Assembly (NCBI RefSeq): GCF_014396165.1 | Contig: NZ_CP060715.1 | Span: 570,001 to 602,000 of the forward strand | Direction: 5' to 3' | Source: Erysipelothrix inopinata | GTDB taxonomy: Bacteria; Bacillota_I; Bacilli_A; Erysipelotrichales; Erysipelotrichaceae | DNA: 32,000 nucleotides | Shown: one piece after another, positions 9,901 to 22,450 of the stretch | Position numbering within the stretch: position 1 is the stretch's first letter | Layout: each line of letters opens with the position of its first letter | Translations under genes and position numbers: made by a program | The notes under the pieces: generated by a model | Databases searched by the model: none | What the model saw: the letters and a program-made list of their open reading frames with translations, nothing else | What the model was told of the DNA's origin: nothing

Positions 9901-10315
9901 CGACTCCAAGCGGTATAATGGTCTCTTTTAAAACATCATGTGGAGAAATTTTACGTACGCTCGCAACTGCATGGGTAACACAAATATCGTAGTTATTCGT
10001 TATGATCTGGTAGAGTGCCTGAATCCGCTGTGCACGTAGTACTTCAGATTGAGTAATCGCCTCAACCCTCAAAGATTCTTCTTGTGAGTAATAAACAACA
10101 TTTAGTTCATGGTTCATTCTTATAATTTCTTGAATTAATTCTGAGGCTTGTTGTTCATTCTCTTTCACAATCATCAATGGTTTCTTATAGCTCTTTACAT
10201 ACCCAATAGCAAGTAGTGCTTCCTGAGTCTTCGTGAGATGCGAAAAAGAGTGACTATTCTTTGAATACTCACTCATGATTGGATGTTTTTTTAGATAACT
10301 ATTAATCCATTCCAT
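6909..10315 (-). pseudogene. mfd: transcription-repair coupling factor Mfd, reading frame broken by a 1-nt frameshift in a G4 run (complement of 9799-9802)
   Basis: Two ORFs (9680-10315 and 6909-9773) are collinear with the Mfd N-terminus and the rest of Mfd (RIEFFDTEIDSMRTFD, helicase motifs GDVGFGKTEVA, DEEQRFGV, QLxGRVGR, TRG/TRCF C-terminus). Adding one G to CGCGGGGAG restores ...YALRGGVCDVYSVQMENPLRIEFF, matching the conserved RGGIxDIYP block. Confidence 0.85.
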
Positions 10316-10318
10316 CGT

Positions 10319-10867
10319 TTAATCTTTCCTATTAAATTCATTCATTATCTTCATAATATCAGTTCCAATTGCAAATGAATAGGCACATGCAATACCCCTA
10401 TCAATCGCAACACCATCATCCATCTTACCTAAGACATAGTCCACAGTTTTAATAATAGAACTTTTACCAATTCCAATTTTAAGTCGGTTAAATTCCTGTG
10501 TTCCTAAATGATTGATAATACTTTTAATTCCGTTTTGTCCACCTGAACTCCCTTTTAAGCGAATACGAATGACCCCAATTTCAGAATCTAAGTCGTCACT
10601 CACTATTAAGAGATCATCCAAATCAAGATCATAATAACGAACAATCTCTCCTACGGTTTCTCCCGATAAGTTCATATAGGTTTGTGGTTTTACAAGCATA
10701 ATCTTTTGACCTTGGTAGTGCCCGACTCCTATTAATGCTTTATGTTTCTTCGTATTAATATCAATATTTAATTTATCAGCCAAACCATCCACAACCATGA
10801 ATCCTGCGTTATGGCGTGTTTTTTCATATTCTTTTCCAGGATTACCCAATCCAACGATAACTTTCAT
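10319..10867 (-). CDS. pth: peptidyl-tRNA hydrolase
   Basis: 182 aa. MKVIVGLGNPGKEYEKTRHNAGF and GGQNGIKSI motifs. Confidence 0.95.
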   Translation of the reverse strand: MKVIVGLGNPGKEYEKTRHNAGFMVVDGLADKLNIDINTKKHKALIGVGHYQGQKIMLVKPQTYMNLSGETVGEIVRYYDLDLDDLLIVSDDLDSEIGVIRIRLKGSSGGQNGIKSIINHLGTQEFNRLKIGIGKSSIIKTVDYVLGKMDDGVAIDRGIACAYSFAIGTDIMKIMNEFNRKD

Positions 10868-10879
10868 CTAATCCTCCTC

Positions 10880-10911
10880 AAAAATTAAAAAGAATAAGGG
10901 GATTCCCCTTA
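10880..10911 (-). terminator. possible intrinsic terminator or attenuator after jag
   Basis: Minus strand AAGGGGAATCCCCTT hairpin followed by ATTCTTTTTAATTTTT. It overlaps the jag stop codon. Confidence 0.45.
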
Positions 10912-11523
10912 CTCTTTATTTGCATCATATACAATTCTTAAATGACGATCGCGTCCTTTTCCTTCACTTTCAGTACGAACATTTGGGAAATTTGTGAGTT
11001 CTTTATGAATGACACGGCGTTCATCATTTGGCATAGGATCTAGCGAAGCATCAACTTTTGTTCTTTGAACTGTCTTCGCAATTCGCGTTGCCATTGCTTT
11101 TAATTTTACATAGCGTTCTGTCTTATAGTTATTAATATCAACCATAACGTAGAAGCGACGTTTGAATTTAGCATTAATTGCATTTCTTAATAGTGTATTG
11201 ATACCTTCTAGAGATTTTCCAGATTTACCAATTAAGATAGCATTATTCTCAGCATTGAGTGTTACCTTAATATTTTGATTATTTTGTTCCACATCTACTT
11301 CAACTTCTAAACCAAATCCATCAAAGAATGATTTAAGATAATCTTCTGTAAATGTTTTAACTTCAGATAAAGCGTAGACCTCAGCAGTAACACTCGCTCC
11401 AATACCTAGAAAACCTGTTTTTTCTTCGATCACATAATAAACCAGTTCACTTTGATCCACATGTTTCTCTTGAGCGACTTGAGTAAGTAACGCATCCAAC
11501 GATTTTGCAGTATATTGTTCCAC
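10909..11523 (-). CDS. jag: Jag/KhpB RNA-binding protein (Jag_N, KH and R3H domains)
   Basis: 204 aa, GTG start with GAGGAGG RBS. KH-like LIGKSGKSLEGINTLL and R3H-like PMPNDERRVIHKEL. Lies downstream of yidC as usual. Confidence 0.85.
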   Translation of the reverse strand: MEQYTAKSLDALLTQVAQEKHVDQSELVYYVIEEKTGFLGIGASVTAEVYALSEVKTFTEDYLKSFFDGFGLEVEVDVEQNNQNIKVTLNAENNAILIGKSGKSLEGINTLLRNAINAKFKRRFYVMVDINNYKTERYVKLKAMATRIAKTVQRTKVDASLDPMPNDERRVIHKELTNFPNVRTESEGKGRDRHLRIVYDANKE

Positions 11524-11537
11524 GAGTAGTCCTCCTC

Positions 11538-12380
11538 TTATTTATCTCCGAATTTCCAGTTAATGAATAATGTTTGTAATAATTGTGCTAGAGCTGAAAT
11601 CATCCAGTAAAGACTCATACCAACATTCCATTGTAAAGCAATGAATACAATCATGATTAATGATGTGTACATCATTCCGTTTGCATTGTTCTTTGGTTTT
11701 GGATCATATGGACGTAAGCGCATTTTCTTCTTAGCAAGATATTGTGGTAAGAACATTGATAGAGCTTGACAGATTGCCATCAAGATATAAATTGAGATAA
11801 TTACAACATTACCTGTTTTGAATCCATCCATTGGTGTTTCAATTAACGATTGACCCATGATTGATCCATTAATAATATTTGCTGAACGACCTACAGCTTG
11901 ATACATTGCAAGCATGATAGGAATTTGTAAGAATGCACCACCCAATGCTGCCATTGGTTTGATTTCATGTTTTTCAAATAATTTTTGAATTTCAGTAGCT
12001 TTTTGTAATTTAGCTTGTTCATCAGTACGGTTACGGTATTTCTCTTCAATCTTGGCCTGTTCAGGTCCAATCAATTGCATTTTTTGTTGTTGAATTGTTG
12101 ATTGAATTGTTCCCTTTAATGTTAATAGTTTAATTAATAGTGTAACAACTAGGATTGCTCCAAATGCTCCAACATACTGAGCAAAGAAGTTAAGTAACTG
12201 GGCAATCGGCCATACGAATAATGCGCTGAACCATCCTTGTGATCCAAAATTCCATGCATCACCAAGGGTAATGATCATTTCTGGCTTAACTTGTTTTGTT
12301 GCTGGGTCAATATAGTTTGTACACCCTGTAAGAGCAATTAACAAGATACCGAGAAACAATATCTTTTTATATTTTCTCAT
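11538..12380 (-). CDS. yidC: membrane protein insertase YidC (lipoprotein type)
   Basis: 280 aa. Lipobox LTGC at the N-terminus and multiple TM helices. Canonical rnpA-yidC-jag order. Confidence 0.9.
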   Translation of the reverse strand: MRKYKKILFLGILLIALTGCTNYIDPATKQVKPEMIITLGDAWNFGSQGWFSALFVWPIAQLLNFFAQYVGAFGAILVVTLLIKLLTLKGTIQSTIQQQKMQLIGPEQAKIEEKYRNRTDEQAKLQKATEIQKLFEKHEIKPMAALGGAFLQIPIMLAMYQAVGRSANIINGSIMGQSLIETPMDGFKTGNVVIISIYILMAICQALSMFLPQYLAKKKMRLRPYDPKPKNNANGMMYTSLIMIVFIALQWNVGMSLYWMISALAQLLQTLFINWKFGDK

Positions 12381-12405
12381 TTAAATCTCCTAACATACGT
12401 TTCCT

Positions 12406-12732
12406 TTACATTTTAACCGTTTTCATAAGTTTTTCCAAGTCTTTTTCATTATCATCATAAGACTTCGAAAAATATCCTTTTCTGACGATAATTATCACAT
12501 CATATTTCCCATCATATGGGGCTAGATGTTGTAACATAGAACGAACTTGTCGTTTGGTTTTATTTCTAAGTACTGCATTTCCCAATTTCTTAGGAACTGA
12601 TATTCCGAATCGTGCATGATCTTCTTTTCGCTCTTCTATATATAGTGAATAAGATTTCGAATTATGAAATCTTCGGCCACGCATTATTTTTTGAAATTCA
12701 TCCGATTCTTTGACGCGATATTCTTTTTTCAT
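12406..12732 (-). CDS. rnpA: ribonuclease P protein component
   Basis: MKKEYRVKESDEFQKIMRGRRF...GNAVLRNKTKRQVR (RNR motif). Start set at ATG 12732 rather than the GTG at 12750, which lies inside the upstream hairpin. Confidence 0.9.
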   Translation of the reverse strand: MKKEYRVKESDEFQKIMRGRRFHNSKSYSLYIEERKEDHARFGISVPKKLGNAVLRNKTKRQVRSMLQHLAPYDGKYDVIIIVRKGYFSKSYDDNEKDLEKLMKTVKM

Positions 12733-12739
12733 ATTTGAC

Positions 12740-12763
12740 AAAAAAGTCACCCAAGTGGGTGAC
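12740..12763 (-). terminator. terminator-like hairpin between rpmH and rnpA
   Basis: Minus strand GTCACCCACTTGGGTGAC followed by TTTTTT, 3 nt after the rpmH stop and 8 nt before the rnpA ATG. Confidence 0.5.
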
Positions 12764-12765
12764 CA

Positions 12766-12900
12766 TTATGCAGATAACACTTTTCTTCCTTTTGATCTAC
12801 GACGTGACAATACGCGACGACCGCCTACTGTTTTCATACGTGCTCTAAAACCGTGGACCTTCTGGTGTTTCCGTTTGCTCGGTTGATAAGTTCTCTTCAT
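12766..12900 (-). CDS. rpmH: 50S ribosomal protein L34
   Basis: [44 protein letters not shown] (44 aa), GGAGGTGG RBS. The longer ORF-track model is an artefactual 5' extension. Confidence 0.95.
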   Translation of the reverse strand: MKRTYQPSKRKHQKVHGFRARMKTVGGRRVLSRRRSKGRKVLSA

Positions 12901-12951
12901 TGAAAACCACCTCCAGTTCTTGTATATACTACGAAGAGCAAATGCTTTAAA

Positions 12952-12980
12952 ATTATATATAATTCCACTTAGTTTGTCAA
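12952..12980 (-). promoter_or_regulatory. consensus sigma-A promoter for rpmH-rnpA
   Basis: Minus strand TTGACA (12980-12975), 17-nt spacer, TATAAT (12957-12952). Confidence 0.7.
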
Positions 12981-13112
12981 TGAAGTTGAGGATACTCCTT
13001 AACTTTTTTTTATTTATTCTACTTTTATGTGTTAAAAAGGGGTCTTGGTATCTATATATAAGGATTGTTTTTATCATGATTTTTCATCCAATTCTGAAGG
13101 AATTCGTCGTAG

Positions 13113-13492
13113 TTATCCACAATTTCAGACCTTCTTTTTAAGTTCGTTGATATCTTGGGGTATTGATGTTAATAAGTCATGTTTGATATTTCTCTAAATT
13201 TTCACATTAATTTTAATCAACACCATTTGGGAACGTTTTAATAACAGTGTTTATCCACATATTGTGGAAAGTGTTGAAAACTATATTATAGCTAATGTTA
13301 AGAGGCTATTTCTATGTTCTTAACTTGTGGTTTAAAATTATATTTCTCCACAGAAGTCACACTGTGCACATGCCTGTTGATATTTTATAACAATCCCCAA
13401 AGTATCCACATTAAGAATTTTGTTAACAATTGTGGAAAACTGTTGATAACATACTCTTTATGCACTCTTTTTGGGTTATACGTTGTGGATAA
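13113..13492. other. oriC part 1: DnaA-box cluster upstream of dnaA
   Basis: Perfect TTATCCACA at 13113-13121, 13251-13259 and (reverse, TGTGGATAA) 13484-13492. One- or two-mismatch boxes: TGTGGAAAG 13263-13271, TTCTCCACA 13343-13351, GTATCCACA 13402-13410, TGTGGAAAA 13431-13439, TGTTGATAA 13441-13449. Confidence 0.85.
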
Positions 13493-13565
13493 CCTGTGGG
13501 GAAGAAAATTACCACTTTTTTATGATTTATATTTTGGTATTATAGTACATACAAGGAGAGCTGCT

Positions 13566-14933
13566 ATGACTACCATGAAATTTTATTTGGACGATATTTG
13601 GGCCAAAACAAAAAGTCTCATCAAAGAGAGTAATTATTTCGATGAGCCAATATTCAATACTTATATTCAAGACACGACCTTAGCTCTATTAACAGATACT
13701 AAGGCTACGATTATAGTTCCTACTTACCTACAAAAGGTAATTCTTACCGAAGAACTTAACTTCTTCAATGAAACAATTCAAAAAACTCTCGATAAAGAGA
13801 CCATCCAGTGTGAAATTCTTCTCGAAAATGAGTTTAAGAAACCTCAAGAACTTCGCCAAGAGGAGGCTCCACTCGTTGTTGCACCACGTCAAGTTCAAAA
13901 TGATGGGATTGCATCCAACCAAACTTTCGATAATTTTGTGGTTGGGCCAAGTAATAAAGAAAGTCACTCTGCTGCCTTAGGATGTGCGTATCGTCCCGGA
14001 CAATTCTATACACCGCTCTTTATCTACGGTAATTCAGGATTGGGTAAAACTCACTTACTGAATGCGATTGGGAACTACATTAAGAAACTGAATCCAGATG
14101 CTAAAGTACTCTATACTTCAAGTTCTGATTTTGTTAGAAAAGTAGCAACCTGTATTCAAAATAGAACGATTGAAGATTTTAAGGATCAAATGTACGCTCT
14201 TGATGTCCTTCTTATTGATGACATTCAATTCCTTGCAGGGAAAGAAAAGTCACATGAGATTTTCTTCCATATCTTTAATGAACTTATTTATAATAAAAAA
14301 CAAATTGTCATTACCAGTGATCGTCTACCGACCGATATTAAAGGTCTTGAAGACCGTCTCATTAGCCGCTTCTCATCAGGGTTATCGGTAGGAGTTGATT
14401 CTCCAGAGTTTGAGACTTCTCTCGCCATCTTGGAAATGAAAATTAAGAATAAATCTGTTGATCCTTCAATCTTTGATGAAGATGTTCTCAGTTATATCGC
14501 ATCAAATTTCTCAAAAGATGTCAGAATGTTGGAAGGTGCATTAAATCGTCTTCTCTTCTATTCCATTGAATTCTCACAAAATGACCACATTAATCTGGAA
14601 ACAGCCATGAATGCATTCAAAACAAATGGTGAACAAATCTATACCAATGAACTGGATACCAAAACAATCAAAAGAATTGTTGCAGACTACTATGGCTTAA
14701 CGCAAACACAGCTTGTTTCCAAGGCTCGTACCAAGGCTATTTCTAATGCGCGACATATTGCTATCTACCTATGTCGTAAACATCTTGATCTTCCTTACAA
14801 TAAGATTGGTGAAGATTTTGGGAAGCGAGACCATTCAACGATTATAAGTGCCTGCGATAAGATTGATAAAAAGATAAAAACTGATCCATTACTCGCTCGA
14901 GCTATTTTCGAGATTGAGGAGAAGTTTAAATAA
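13566..14933 (+). CDS. dnaA: chromosomal replication initiator protein DnaA
   Basis: 455 aa from ATG 13566 (AAGGAGAG RBS). Walker A GNSGLGKTHLL, sensor and box VII regions, and the C-terminal DNA-binding helix DHSTIISACDKI. The ORF-track 5' extension runs through the DnaA boxes. Confidence 0.95.
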   Translation: MTTMKFYLDDIWAKTKSLIKESNYFDEPIFNTYIQDTTLALLTDTKATIIVPTYLQKVILTEELNFFNETIQKTLDKETIQCEILLENEFKKPQELRQEEAPLVVAPRQVQNDGIASNQTFDNFVVGPSNKESHSAALGCAYRPGQFYTPLFIYGNSGLGKTHLLNAIGNYIKKLNPDAKVLYTSSSDFVRKVATCIQNRTIEDFKDQMYALDVLLIDDIQFLAGKEKSHEIFFHIFNELIYNKKQIVITSDRLPTDIKGLEDRLISRFSSGLSVGVDSPEFETSLAILEMKIKNKSVDPSIFDEDVLSYIASNFSKDVRMLEGALNRLLFYSIEFSQNDHINLETAMNAFKTNGEQIYTNELDTKTIKRIVADYYGLTQTQLVSKARTKAISNARHIAIYLCRKHLDLPYNKIGEDFGKRDHSTIISACDKIDKKIKTDPLLARAIFEIEEKFK

Positions 14934-14934
14934 G

Positions 14935-15140
14935 TTATCAACAGTTATCCCCAATGTTTAAACACCGTTTTTCAGCTAAATATCCAATGGTGAGTGGCTT
15001 CTTAAGAGTTTCTCAACATATCCACACCCCCTAATAGTATTAATTTACTTATTTAATCTATAATAATGCTTTTCATTGATAACTCATTTGTCATTTGGAT
15101 GCTTAAATATTTAAGATTATACAAGGCTGTTATGGGATTG
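14935..15140. other. oriC part 2: DnaA boxes, C-rich cluster, trinucleotide (DnaA-trio-like) run and AT-rich DNA unwinding element
   Basis: TTATCAACA 14935-14943, TTATCCCCA 14945-14953, ATATCCACA 15018-15026. These are followed directly by CCCCC (15027-15031), then TAATAGTATTAATTTACTTATTTAATCTATAATAAT and further AT-rich sequence up to the dnaN promoter and RBS. Confidence 0.7.
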
Positions 15141-15183
15141 AATGTGTTATAATTTATATAATTGTTTGGAGGAATTTATATCT

Positions 15184-16302
15184 ATGAAATTTACAATAAA
15201 AAAACAACCGTTTTATAAATCATTGTATTCAGTTGGTCGTGCTGCATCAAATCATTCACCATTACCAATTCTTTCAGGAATTCATATTACTTTAGAAAAT
15301 GATACATTAACGTTTATTGCTAGTGACTCAAACATTTCTATTAAAGAAGTATTACATGCTACAGAAGATAATAAGCTCACTGTATTTGAAGAGGGAAGCG
15401 TTGTATTAGAATCACGATATATTTTAGAAGCGGTTCGTAAACTTGATGATGAAGTTATCAGTTTCGAAATTATCGACGGAGCATTAACACGTATTAGTGG
15501 GAATTCTGCTGAATACAACATTAATGGCAGTAAAGCAGATGCATACCCTGCGATTGATTTTAGAAAACCTGAAGTATCCTTTGATATTCTTGGTAAAGAA
15601 CTTGCAGAGATTATTTCTCAGACTGCTTTTGCCTGTGCAACAAGCGAAGAACGTCCAATTCTTACAGGGGTAAACTTTAAAGCAGAAGGAACAACTTTAA
15701 ATTGTGTTGCATCGGATAGTTATCGTCTTGCAAAGAAAACTATTGAATTAAAAGAACCCATGAACTTTAATATTGCAGTACCTGCATCTAATTTGATGGA
15801 AGTTATGAAATCAATTGCTGAAGATCAAGATGTAACTGTGGCTGTTTCTGACAAGCTTGTTCAATTTTATGTGCAAGAAACATTAATTCAATCACGTCTC
15901 ATCGATGGTATCTTCCCTGATGTCAATCGTTTGATTCCTAATGAGTATGGTTTTGAATTAACAGTGAATGCCCATGACATGGTTAATGCTATTGATCGTT
16001 CGTCATTTCTTAAGAGTGAAGGTTACTGGACTGTAAAACTTGATTTAACGCCATCCACAGCGATTGTGAGCTCTCATTCACAAGAGATTGGGTCATCAGA
16101 GGAGACATTATCTCCCATTGATTACAAGGGTGGTAACCTCAAGATATCATTCAGTGGTCGATATATGATTGAAGCATTGAAGTCATTCAGAACGGATATT
16201 GTGAAGATATTATTCGTAGGTGAAATGCAGGCATTTATCCTAAAAAATCCACAAGATGATTCAATCGTTCAATTGGTTTTACCAGTTCGTACATTTGATT
16301 AA
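15184..16302 (+). CDS. dnaN: DNA polymerase III beta sliding clamp
   Basis: 372 aa from ATG 15184 (GGAGGA RBS). Typical MKFTI...LPILSGIHI N-terminus and LVLPVRT C-terminus. Confidence 0.95.
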   Translation: MKFTIKKQPFYKSLYSVGRAASNHSPLPILSGIHITLENDTLTFIASDSNISIKEVLHATEDNKLTVFEEGSVVLESRYILEAVRKLDDEVISFEIIDGALTRISGNSAEYNINGSKADAYPAIDFRKPEVSFDILGKELAEIISQTAFACATSEERPILTGVNFKAEGTTLNCVASDSYRLAKKTIELKEPMNFNIAVPASNLMEVMKSIAEDQDVTVAVSDKLVQFYVQETLIQSRLIDGIFPDVNRLIPNEYGFELTVNAHDMVNAIDRSSFLKSEGYWTVKLDLTPSTAIVSSHSQEIGSSEETLSPIDYKGGNLKISFSGRYMIEALKSFRTDIVKILFVGEMQAFILKNPQDDSIVQLVLPVRTFD

Positions 16303-16313
16303 TAAATAATATC

Positions 16314-16343
16314 AAGAAGCACACTCGCAAGTGCTTCTTTTTA
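16314..16343 (+). terminator. intrinsic terminator after dnaN
   Basis: AAGAAGCAC-N8-GTGCTTCTT followed by TTT. Confidence 0.7.
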
Positions 16344-16354
16344 GTTTCTTTCGT

Positions 16355-16363
16355 TGTGGATAA
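16355..16363. promoter_or_regulatory. isolated perfect DnaA box (TGTGGATAA) upstream of yaaA-recF
   Basis: Exact reverse-orientation consensus, 12 nt after the dnaN terminator. Confidence 0.5.
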
Positions 16364-16422
16364 ATAGTGAAATTTATTCCGAAATGTAGTATAATAAGAA
16401 GGTATTGAAAAGGATGGATTCT

Positions 16423-16620
16423 ATGAAAAAAGAAGTTCCGTATATCACTTTAGGACAATTTCTTAAAGTGAATGATTATGTAAGTTCCGGTGGTGAAGCA
16501 AAACACCTTATTCATACATTTTCAATCCAAGTAAACGGTGAAGATGATAACCGTCGTGGACGAAAATTGTATCCAGGTGATGTTGTTGTAGTGAATGGCA
16601 ATTCACATATTATTGAATAA
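16423..16620 (+). CDS. yaaA: S4-like RNA-binding protein YaaA
   Basis: ITLGQFLKVNDYVSSGGEAKHLI...DDNRRGRKLYPGDVV matches the conserved dnaN-yaaA-recF small S4 protein. Start at ATG 16423 after AAAGGA. Confidence 0.8.
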   Translation: MKKEVPYITLGQFLKVNDYVSSGGEAKHLIHTFSIQVNGEDDNRRGRKLYPGDVVVVNGNSHIIE

Positions 16621-16621
16621 A

Positions 16622-19637
<3,016 letters not shown>

Positions 19638-19646
19638 GAGGATACT

Positions 19647-22097
19647 ATGGAAGAAACAAACTTTGATAAAATTAAGCAACGTAATATCGCCGAGGAAATG
19701 AAGAAATCCTTCGTATCCTATGCGATGTCTGTTATTGTTGCACGTGCACTTCCAGATGTACGAGATGGACTTAAACCAGTTCACCGTCGTATTCTCTATG
19801 CGATGAATGACTTGGGAATGACAAGTGATAAACCTTATAAGAAATCTGCACGTATCGTTGGGGAAGTTATCGGTAAGTATCACCCTCATGGTGATACAGC
19901 TGTTTACGACTCAATGGTACGTATGTCACAAGATTTCTCATACCGTTACATGCTTATTGATGGTCATGGTAACTTTGGTTCAATTGATGGTGATGGTGCC
20001 GCTGCAATGCGTTATACTGAAGCACGTATGTCAAAAATATCGATGGAACTCGTTCGTGATATCAATAAAAATACGGTTGATTTTGTCGATAACTATGATG
20101 GTGAGGAAAGCGAACCATCAGTTATGCCATCACGATTCCCTAATATATTAGTGAATGGTGGTACTGGGATTGCGGTTGGTATGGCAACAAACATTCCACC
20201 TCACAATCTTGGCGAAGTAATTGATGGTACGATTGCATTAATTGATAATCCAGACATCACAATCAAAGAACTCATGGAAAACTACATCTATGGACCAGAC
20301 TTCCCTACGGGAGCTTATATTCTTGGTCGTTACGGTATCAAGTCTGCATTTGAGACAGGACGTGGTTCTGTTGTAATGCGAGCTAAAGTTGATGTAAAAG
20401 AGATGCCAAATGGTAAACATCAACTCACAGTTACTGAGATTCCGTACCAAGTAAATAAAGCCAACCTAGTTGAAAAAATCGCGAACTTAGTTCGTGAAAA
20501 AGAAGTTGAAGGTATTACAGACTTACGTGATGAGTCAAACCGTGATGGTATTAAGATTATTATTGAACTTAAAAAAGAAGTCCAACCGGAAGTTGTATTA
20601 AATCAACTATACCGTCTTACTGCACTTCAATCATCATTTGGGGTTAACTTATTAGCCCTTGTTGATGGTAAACCTCAATTGTTGAATATTCTCGATGTAC
20701 TTAAGAATTATCGTGATCATCAAATTGAGATTATTACACGTCGTACACAATTCGACCTTAAAAAAGCTGAAGAACGTGCTCATATCTTAGAAGGATTGAT
20801 TATTGCTCTTGATCATATTGATGAAGTTATTTCAATTATTAGAACTTCTAAAGATGATCCGGAAGCAAGTGCAAAACTTAACGAACGATTTGAGTTATCA
20901 GAAGTTCAAGCAAAAGCAATTCTTGATATGCAATTACGTCGTCTTACAGGATTGCAACGTGATCGCATTGAAAATGAGTATAAAGAACTTCAAGCATTAA
21001 TTATTGATTTGAGAGATATTCTTGCAAATCATGAACGTTTATTAGGTATTATTAAAACAGAACTCACAGAAATTAAAGATAAATTTGGTGATGATCGCCG
21101 TTCAGAAATTATTGATGCGGATATCGACATGCTTGATGAAGACTTAATTCCTGTTGAAGATATTGCGGTTACATTAACAATGAATGGTTATATTAAACGT
21201 ACAACTGTTGATTCCTTTAATGTTCAAAACCGTGGCGGTAAAGGGGTTAAAGGAATTAGTACATATGATGAAGATGTTGTTGATCAATTCCTCGTCATGT
21301 CAACTCATGATTCTCTCATGCTCTTTACAAACCTTGGTAAGGTTTATCGTATTCGTGGCTTTAACGTACCAGGATCAAGCCGTACTTCTAAAGGAATTCC
21401 AATTGTAAACCTCTTGGATCTTCAAGAAGGTGAACAAGTTAAGACACTTGTACGTGTTAAACAAGATGATGAAGAATCGAAGTTCTTATTCTTTGTTACC
21501 AAGTTAGGTATTGTTAAACGTGTTGCTATTGATGAATTTAGTTCAATTCGTCAAAATGGTAAGATTGCAATTAGCCTTCGTGAAGATGATGAGCTTATTG
21601 GTGTTCGTATGACTGATGGTGAAAATGAAATTATCATCGGTGGAAACAACGGTAAGGCTGTTCGATTCAAAGAAGATGAAGTAAGACCAATGGGACGTAC
21701 CGCATCAGGTGTTCGAGGATTCGATGTTGATGGTGGTTATGTTGTGGGTGTTGCTACAGACCGAGAAGGACAATATATCTTAGCTATTACTGAAAAGGGA
21801 TATGGTAAACGTACTGATATCCAAGAGTACCGACTCACAAAACGAGGTGCTAAGGGTGTTAAAACTGTTAATATCACGGATAAAAATGGTGCACTTGTTG
21901 CGCTTCGTGCTGTTGATGGACCTGAAGAACTGTTTGTTATTTCAAGTGAGGGTATTGTTATCCGAACTGAAGTTGATAATATTGGAATCTATGGCCGTTC
22001 TACGATCGGTGTTCGTATCATCAATGTTGGTGAAACTGATTCAGTATCATCCATTGCTATTCTAAAAAATGATAATGAAGCTGAAGAAGGCGAATAA
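19647..22097 (+). CDS. gyrA: DNA gyrase subunit A
   Basis: 816 aa. QRDR-region [18 protein letters not shown], catalytic [10 protein letters not shown], GyrA-box-containing beta-pinwheel repeats, and an acidic tail. Confidence 0.97.
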   Translation: MEETNFDKIKQRNIAEEMKKSFVSYAMSVIVARALPDVRDGLKPVHRRILYAMNDLGMTSDKPYKKSARIVGEVIGKYHPHGDTAVYDSMVRMSQDFSYRYMLIDGHGNFGSIDGDGAAAMRYTEARMSKISMELVRDINKNTVDFVDNYDGEESEPSVMPSRFPNILVNGGTGIAVGMATNIPPHNLGEVIDGTIALIDNPDITIKELMENYIYGPDFPTGAYILGRYGIKSAFETGRGSVVMRAKVDVKEMPNGKHQLTVTEIPYQVNKANLVEKIANLVREKEVEGITDLRDESNRDGIKIIIELKKEVQPEVVLNQLYRLTALQSSFGVNLLALVDGKPQLLNILDVLKNYRDHQIEIITRRTQFDLKKAEERAHILEGLIIALDHIDEVISIIRTSKDDPEASAKLNERFELSEVQAKAILDMQLRRLTGLQRDRIENEYKELQALIIDLRDILANHERLLGIIKTELTEIKDKFGDDRRSEIIDADIDMLDEDLIPVEDIAVTLTMNGYIKRTTVDSFNVQNRGGKGVKGISTYDEDVVDQFLVMSTHDSLMLFTNLGKVYRIRGFNVPGSSRTSKGIPIVNLLDLQEGEQVKTLVRVKQDDEESKFLFFVTKLGIVKRVAIDEFSSIRQNGKIAISLREDDELIGVRMTDGENEIIIGGNNGKAVRFKEDEVRPMGRTASGVRGFDVDGGYVVGVATDREGQYILAITEKGYGKRTDIQEYRLTKRGAKGVKTVNITDKNGALVALRAVDGPEELFVISSEGIVIRTEVDNIGIYGRSTIGVRIINVGETDSVSSIAILKNDNEAEEGE

Positions 22098-22128
22098 GTC
22101 ATAGAAACAACTGAAGAATAAACAATCA

Positions 22129-22157
22129 AGTAGGAACAATTTGTTCCTACTTTTTCT
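22129..22157 (+). terminator. intrinsic terminator after gyrA
   Basis: AGTAGGAACAA-T-TTGTTCCTACT followed by TTTTTC. Confidence 0.75.
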
Positions 22158-22450
22158 TATTTGAAATCAGCGAGCATGTTGCCATATAAGGTTGTTTATA
22201 GACGTTTTAAACAACTTTATACCCAACTATAAGTAAATGTTCATCAAAGAATTTTCGTGCTTTAAAGCGGCTGTAAATATGCAAAGGTTTCATTCTATAT
22301 TTAACTTGTGAATTTTATGATTAATTACACTATTGTTTTGTAAATTGAGAGTCTTAGATCAATTTAACTCAATAAATAAGTAAAAACATATCAATAATGA
22401 TACTTATTAATAATCAAGAATGCTAGGATTAAATAAAGAGAGGTATTACT

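Noticed and set aside
12901-13077. 5' extension of the rpmH ORF (103-aa model)
   Set aside because: L34 is a conserved 44-aa protein. GGAGGTGG precedes its ATG at 12900, and the extension covers the rpmH promoter.
13314-13565. Long 5' extension of the dnaA ORF (539-aa model)
   Set aside because: The extension runs through the DnaA-box cluster, is hydrophobic low-complexity sequence and has no RBS. A strong AAGGAGAG RBS precedes ATG 13566, which gives a normal 455-aa DnaA.
19736-19751. Possible third parS inside gyrA (TGTTGCACGTGCACTT)
   Set aside because: Only about 11 of 16 positions match the consensus, and the right half-site is essentially absent. The match is probably chance around a CACGTG core.
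22391-22417. Fur/PerR-box-like AT-rich pseudo-palindrome (TCAATAATGATACTTATTAATAATCAA) upstream of the DUF1858 gene
   Set aside because: Its resemblance to TGATAATNATTATCA is weak, and such strings are expected by chance in AT-rich intergenic DNA. I kept it only as context in the DUF438 finding.
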